The notes under the pieces are model-generated. The model ran no database searches. It saw only the letters and a program-made list of their open reading frames with translations, and was not told where the DNA came from. Of a stretch of 64,000 nt of DNA, positions 61,301 to 64,000 are shown in pieces. The DNA is from Fistulifera solaris. Lineage: Eukaryota. The first letter of the stretch is position 1, and every line of letters begins with the position of its first letter. The stretch spans positions 620,001 to 684,000 of the forward strand of contig AP026164.1 of assembly GCA_030295235.1 (NCBI GenBank), written 5' to 3'. The translations under genes were made by a program, and so were the position numbers.

Positions 61301-62463
61301 CTGGCTTCTTTTCACCTTCCAAGGGCAATGCGTTTCCTCAGTGGGGATCATTGATGGATGTTTCATGTGTTCTTCTTTTGACGCAGTTTGTTTCATGGAA
61401 AGCTCTGTCGTCGTCACTGCTTGCAGACGAATACAAAGGAGCGGTAGCAGGGTTCGTCATGTCTTTGCGGAAGGCAACGAACGAAAGACTGAGCCAACTA
61501 AATGCACCACCTGCTAACTTACCTCAGCAAGTAGCGATTTCTCCGTCTGCGGGACTCGAAGTAAAGGATTTATGGGCCGCGCATACGACCAAAAGGGCGT
61601 GGGCAGTCCGTGGGGTTAGTCTCGAATGCCGCAGTGGAAACGTCCTCTTGATTTTGGGAGATGATTCAGCGGGCAAATCTCGTCTACTAACGACACTTGC
61701 TGAAACTATTGCGCGCCCTCCGCCTCAGGCATTAACGACGACTCGTGTGCGCGGAAGTATTCGCGTGGCTGGCATTGAGGTGAACCAGTGGGATGACAAA
61801 CTTCTCCAAAAGAGGGTATGGCCTGTTTTACACGACGTCCGGAGCATGAGTGACTTCGCCCAAGTTTTATCTGGCATGTCATTAGAAGAAATTTTGGAGC
61901 CTTCTGGCGGTATACGTTATTTGGAATTATCACATCGTCCTGGTCCGAATGAACGTGCGACCATGATTCTTGCGTTAAAACTTGTTGGCCTCTACTCATC
62001 GCTTCTTCCCAAACTTCCCTCTAAGCTTTCGACGGTTGTAACGGCCAATGAAGAAGACACTCGACCTTCTGCTCTCCGCCCCCTGTATTCTATGTTATCA
62101 CCGGCGGAATGGTCCAAGTTGTTGCTTGCGCGTGTTTTCTCGCAAGCTATCTACGAAAACGATAATTCAGCCAGTAGCAGTGATAACTTGGAAAATTGCC
62201 TTATTGGGTCGTTGCTTCTTTTGGACGATGCAACTTTGTACCTGCCAGAAGTGGAGGAAGCTCGTTTGATTCGCGATTTACGAGCAACAGGTGCCGCTAC
62301 TATCTTGACTTCGAACCGTTGGGCACTTGGTCGTCTTGCGGATCAGATAGTTGTAATGAGGGATGGAGCTATCTTGGAATGTGGCACGCATGCGGAACTG
62401 CTGAGTCGAGGACCGCAACAATCTCTATACGCTGCAAAGTGGCGTGCTATGACGTCTCAATAA
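58400..62463 (+). CDS. Large protein: signal peptide, Pro-rich region, multiple TM segments, degenerate ABC ATPase domain
   Basis: Overlapping ORFs 58400..60001, 59956..60267, 60204..60887 and 60769..62463 imply one frameshifted gene. Walker A GDDSAGKS, Walker B LLLLDDAT, and ADQIVVMRDG..LECGTHAELL. Confidence 0.68.
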
Positions 62464-62722
62464 AGCTATTACGATTCAGATTGACTTCTGTCGATGAACG
62501 AAATACCAATTTCTATCATTAGAGCATTTGCTGAAAAAGTAGCGAAGAAAGTACTTATCTTGGAAAGTGGCGCGCATGCGCAACTGCCGAGTCGAAGACC
62601 TCAACTATCTCTATACGCTGCAAAGTGGCATGGTGTGACATCTCAATACAGCTATTACGATTCACTTTAACTTCTGTCGATGTACAAAATCCCAATTTCT
62701 ATCATTATAGCATTTACTGAAA
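62370..62722 (+). repeat. Diverged tandem duplication (~167-bp unit, 186-bp period) of the ABC-like gene's 3' end and 3' UTR
   Basis: 62370-62536 aligns colinearly with 62556-62722, with scattered substitutions. Confidence 0.88.
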
Positions 62723-62739
62723 GCTAACGAGGAATGGAG

Positions 62740-63573
62740 TTAAAAGGTAGCCTCTCCGTCACCATCCACGCTTATATCATTGTCAGAGTCGTAATAATTC
62801 GTTGTGTAATCTTCAACTTCCTCTTCGTCCATGTCTTCGAGTTCTTCGCCAATCTCTTCATCTTCTTCTTGTAGTTGTTCGTCCGTAGCTTGTATTTTCT
62901 CTTCTTCCGCCAAAAGATCCGTCAAAGTCTTCCGTTGTGGATTACGTGCCTCACGGGCGGATTCGAGTTGTTTACGGGTGCTCAATAACTCCGCTGGAAA
63001 ATATCGTTCATCGGTGGCTAATTTGCTGTACACCTTTTGCCTTTGTATAGACGCACTTGTTACTGTGTCAAGGACTTCTGTTTCGTTCTCATTCAATTCA
63101 TTACTGCTCATAGGATTAATTCCCTGGTGACCGCTCATGGACAAAAGCACATTTTGATCTGGTGCGGTTCGTATTGTTTGTTGGCCGTATCTAGCGACAT
63201 CGGTCATGGGATTCTGCTGCACAAAATGTGACGATTTGTTCAATGCTTCAAAGATCTGTCGCTGTTTTTGTATCATCGAAACGACAGTAGCTGGTCGCTT
63301 TGCTATAACAATTTGTTGTGCTTGTCTCAATTCTTCTGCTTCTTCTTCTTTTATCACAAATGGGTTCAAGGATGTCGGATGAGCCGCATCGTTGCCAGAC
63401 GACTGCCATAAAATATCCGGATATAAAGAAGGACGAACAATTTCTTGTATCGACATCATTTCACGATCATTGTCTAGACCAGCTTCTTGCGCTGACCGCT
63501 TGAGTAATAGCTTGGACTGAGACAACGGGCCGGATCCTCGTCCTCTGCCACGACCTCGACCGCGACCGGACAT
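62740..63573 (-). CDS. RNA polymerase III subunit C31/RPC7-like
   Basis: MSGRGRGRG start, PSLYP, RYFPAEL, and an acidic tail ending EDYTTNYYDSD...EATF. Confidence 0.75.
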   Translation of the reverse strand: MSGRGRGRGRGRGSGPLSQSKLLLKRSAQEAGLDNDREMMSIQEIVRPSLYPDILWQSSGNDAAHPTSLNPFVIKEEEAEELRQAQQIVIAKRPATVVSMIQKQRQIFEALNKSSHFVQQNPMTDVARYGQQTIRTAPDQNVLLSMSGHQGINPMSSNELNENETEVLDTVTSASIQRQKVYSKLATDERYFPAELLSTRKQLESAREARNPQRKTLTDLLAEEEKIQATDEQLQEEDEEIGEELEDMDEEEVEDYTTNYYDSDNDISVDGDGEATF

Positions 63574-64000
63574 GCTTGCAATCGATTTTCTCTTCGAGAC
63601 AATGTACCTTTCCAACGGCTACTATTAGATAAGCTGCATGTTTACTTAGTTTGCTGATAATTAAGAAAGAAAAAAAGGTCGATTGGTTGGTTACAAATGA
63701 AGGACAATGCCACAATTGTGTAATTCTTCGGCCAATTTTCGCTTGGTTTCAAGGCAACCACCGATCTGGGCGCGATCGGAACGTGGTGAAGAATAGATCC
63801 GCCTGTCCTTCGTTCCGAGATCGACATTAGTGACTGCAAATGAAAATCATTCCCGTTGAAAGGTCGTCGTCGATACCGGTCCATCTTTAGTATAAGATAA
63901 GGTGTGAAACGATTTCACTCTATTGTAGATACACCAATACCGCTTGAATGGCATGCGCGCAGTTCGTGTCAAACGCTGACGTCTTCTCTCGAAAGGAGAT

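Overview
Gene-dense eukaryotic DNA with short GT-AG introns. Bipartite/tripartite plastid-targeting-like leaders and the gene content point to a diatom (inference). About 30 genes can be read. Many carry 1-nt frameshifts, often in homopolymers, which suggests an under-polished long-read assembly. Main points: (1) a 5,847-bp Mutator/MULE transposon (1099-6945) with perfect 130-bp TIRs and a 9-bp TSD, carrying a Ulp1-like SUMO protease; (2) a ~10-kb cluster (30.1-40.0 kb) in which five of six unannotatable genes share a repeated [WF]xKPxW-x(4-6)-L[KR]x[TS]xxG...PI[TG] module reminiscent of WH2/LKKT actin-binding motifs, the best candidate for an undescribed system; (3) a CCR4/Angel-type EEP nuclease with a Mut7-C RNase domain inserted inside it; (4) an H-domain-only [FeFe]-hydrogenase with a plastid-type leader; (5) a canonical-looking H/ACA snoRNA in a coatomer-beta intron. 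Housekeeping genes include PEX6, an AP sigma subunit, adenylate kinase, XPB, SmG (missed by the ORF track), COPB1, RPF1 and an RPC31-like subunit.
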